Assembly (NCBI GenBank): GCA_965216875.1
Contig: OZ244207.1
Span: forward strand, 5,280,001-5,344,000
Source of the DNA: Rubripirellula sp.
GTDB taxonomy: Bacteria; Planctomycetota; Planctomycetia; Pirellulales; Pirellulaceae
DNA: 64,000 bases
Reading direction: 5' to 3'
Positions 63,190-64,000 of this stretch are shown one piece after another. How positions within the stretch are numbered: the first letter of the stretch is position 1; every line of letters begins with the position of its first letter. The notes beneath the pieces were generated by a model that ran no database searches, had not been told where the DNA came from, and saw only the letters and a program-made list of their open reading frames with translations. The translations under genes were made by a program, and so were the position numbers.

Positions 63190-64000
63190 GACTCAGCCAA
63201 CCCCATTTCACGTGGAGGCACCGGTAGTCGTCGAAAAAAGGGAGGGACAAAGTGTTGCGAAACCAGCCCCAGACGCTCGCCCGTTGAAAGACTAATGCGC
63301 TTTTGGACCACCAAGCCCGGATCTTCGGCGATGCGTTCGAGCAAGCGACGATACGTTCGCCACATCATGCTGAACATTGGCTGACCATCAGGATGCAACG
63401 AATCCCAAACGTCCCAACCCGAATCAAACAATCTCTTGGCGCGTTCCACTTCGTCCACGATCAAGCAGCGCAAACGATCGTCTGGGCGAGGCTCAAGAAG
63501 ATCGTCCTCGCTCAAACCATGCTGCTCGTAGTGTTGGCGAGGCAAATAGATCCGTCCTCGTGCGGCATCTTCCGAAATGTCGCGCAAGATATTGGTGAGC
63601 TGAAACGCGAGCCCACAATCGACGGCCGGAGCAACGGGAAGGGGTGGCTCGAACTGCCAGATATGTAGACAAGCCAGACCGACCGCCGACGCAACCAGAT
63701 AACAATAGTGTTCGACCTGCTCGTAGGTATCAAAACGAGTCTTTTGCTGATCCGCCAACACGCCGTCGACGATTTCGAGCAGGTAGCGAGATGGGATCTC
63801 GTATTTCTGCGTCGTGTCTTTGAGTGCCGGCAAAATCTCCTTTGCCTTCTGATGCAAATCAATCGGCCCACCAGCGCGCGACTTGGAATCAGCCGCCAAC
63901 GCCCCCTCGGGGAAGACGACGCGTTGCAACGGGCCATCGCCGATCATGTTCATCGCCGTTGTCTGACGCCACCAGTCAAGCCATTGCTTTCGCAAACTTG
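63186..64000 (-). CDS. hpnD: Phytoene/squalene synthase family protein (HpnD-like), 5'-truncated by the window edge
   Basis: Motifs YCYLVASAVGL and AFQLTNILRDISEDAARGRIYLP; GTGA overlap with hpnE. Confidence 0.78.
   Translation of the reverse strand, partial: SLRKQWLDWWRQTTAMNMIGDGPLQRVVFPEGALAADSKSRAGGPIDLHQKAKEILPALKDTTQKYEIPSRYLLEIVDGVLADQQKTRFDTYEQVEHYCYLVASAVGLACLHIWQFEPPLPVAPAVDCGLAFQLTNILRDISEDAARGRIYLPRQHYEQHGLSEDDLLEPRPDDRLRCLIVDEVERAKRLFDSGWDVWDSLHPDGQPMFSMMWRTYRRLLERIAEDPGLVVQKRISLSTGERLGLVSQHFVPPFFRRLPVPPREMGLAES

Overview
A GC-rich bacterial chromosomal segment whose gene content points to a planctomycete, probably Pirellulaceae: LExRxLLA leaders, a PVC-type CxxCH protein, a sulfatase, and an ECF sigma factor paired with a Ser/Thr kinase. 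Housekeeping and metabolic genes include kdsB, pyrG, xylA, pyk, glyQS, hpnE, a partial hpnD-like synthase and a tatA-like gene. Four accessory modules stand out. (1) A translationally coupled Ser/Thr kinase (1868 aa) and ECF sigma factor. (2) A TPR-ExbB-ExbD operon whose fourth gene looks like a TonB/TolA-type transducer (SxxxH transmembrane helix, long low-complexity linker) but ends in a prenyltransferase-like alpha/alpha barrel. (3) A PVC-type heme-c/dehydrogenase protein with apparently permuted domain order. (4) A ~24 kb cluster of three co-oriented dockerin-bearing proteins (5379, 894 and ~1378 aa) that share an LExRxLLA leader; one carries an intact zinc-protease motif and one a degenerate copy. 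Several intergenic spacers hold REP/REPIN-like palindromes. I found no rRNA, tRNA, CRISPR array or transposase. All calls come from reading motifs by eye; no database searches were run.
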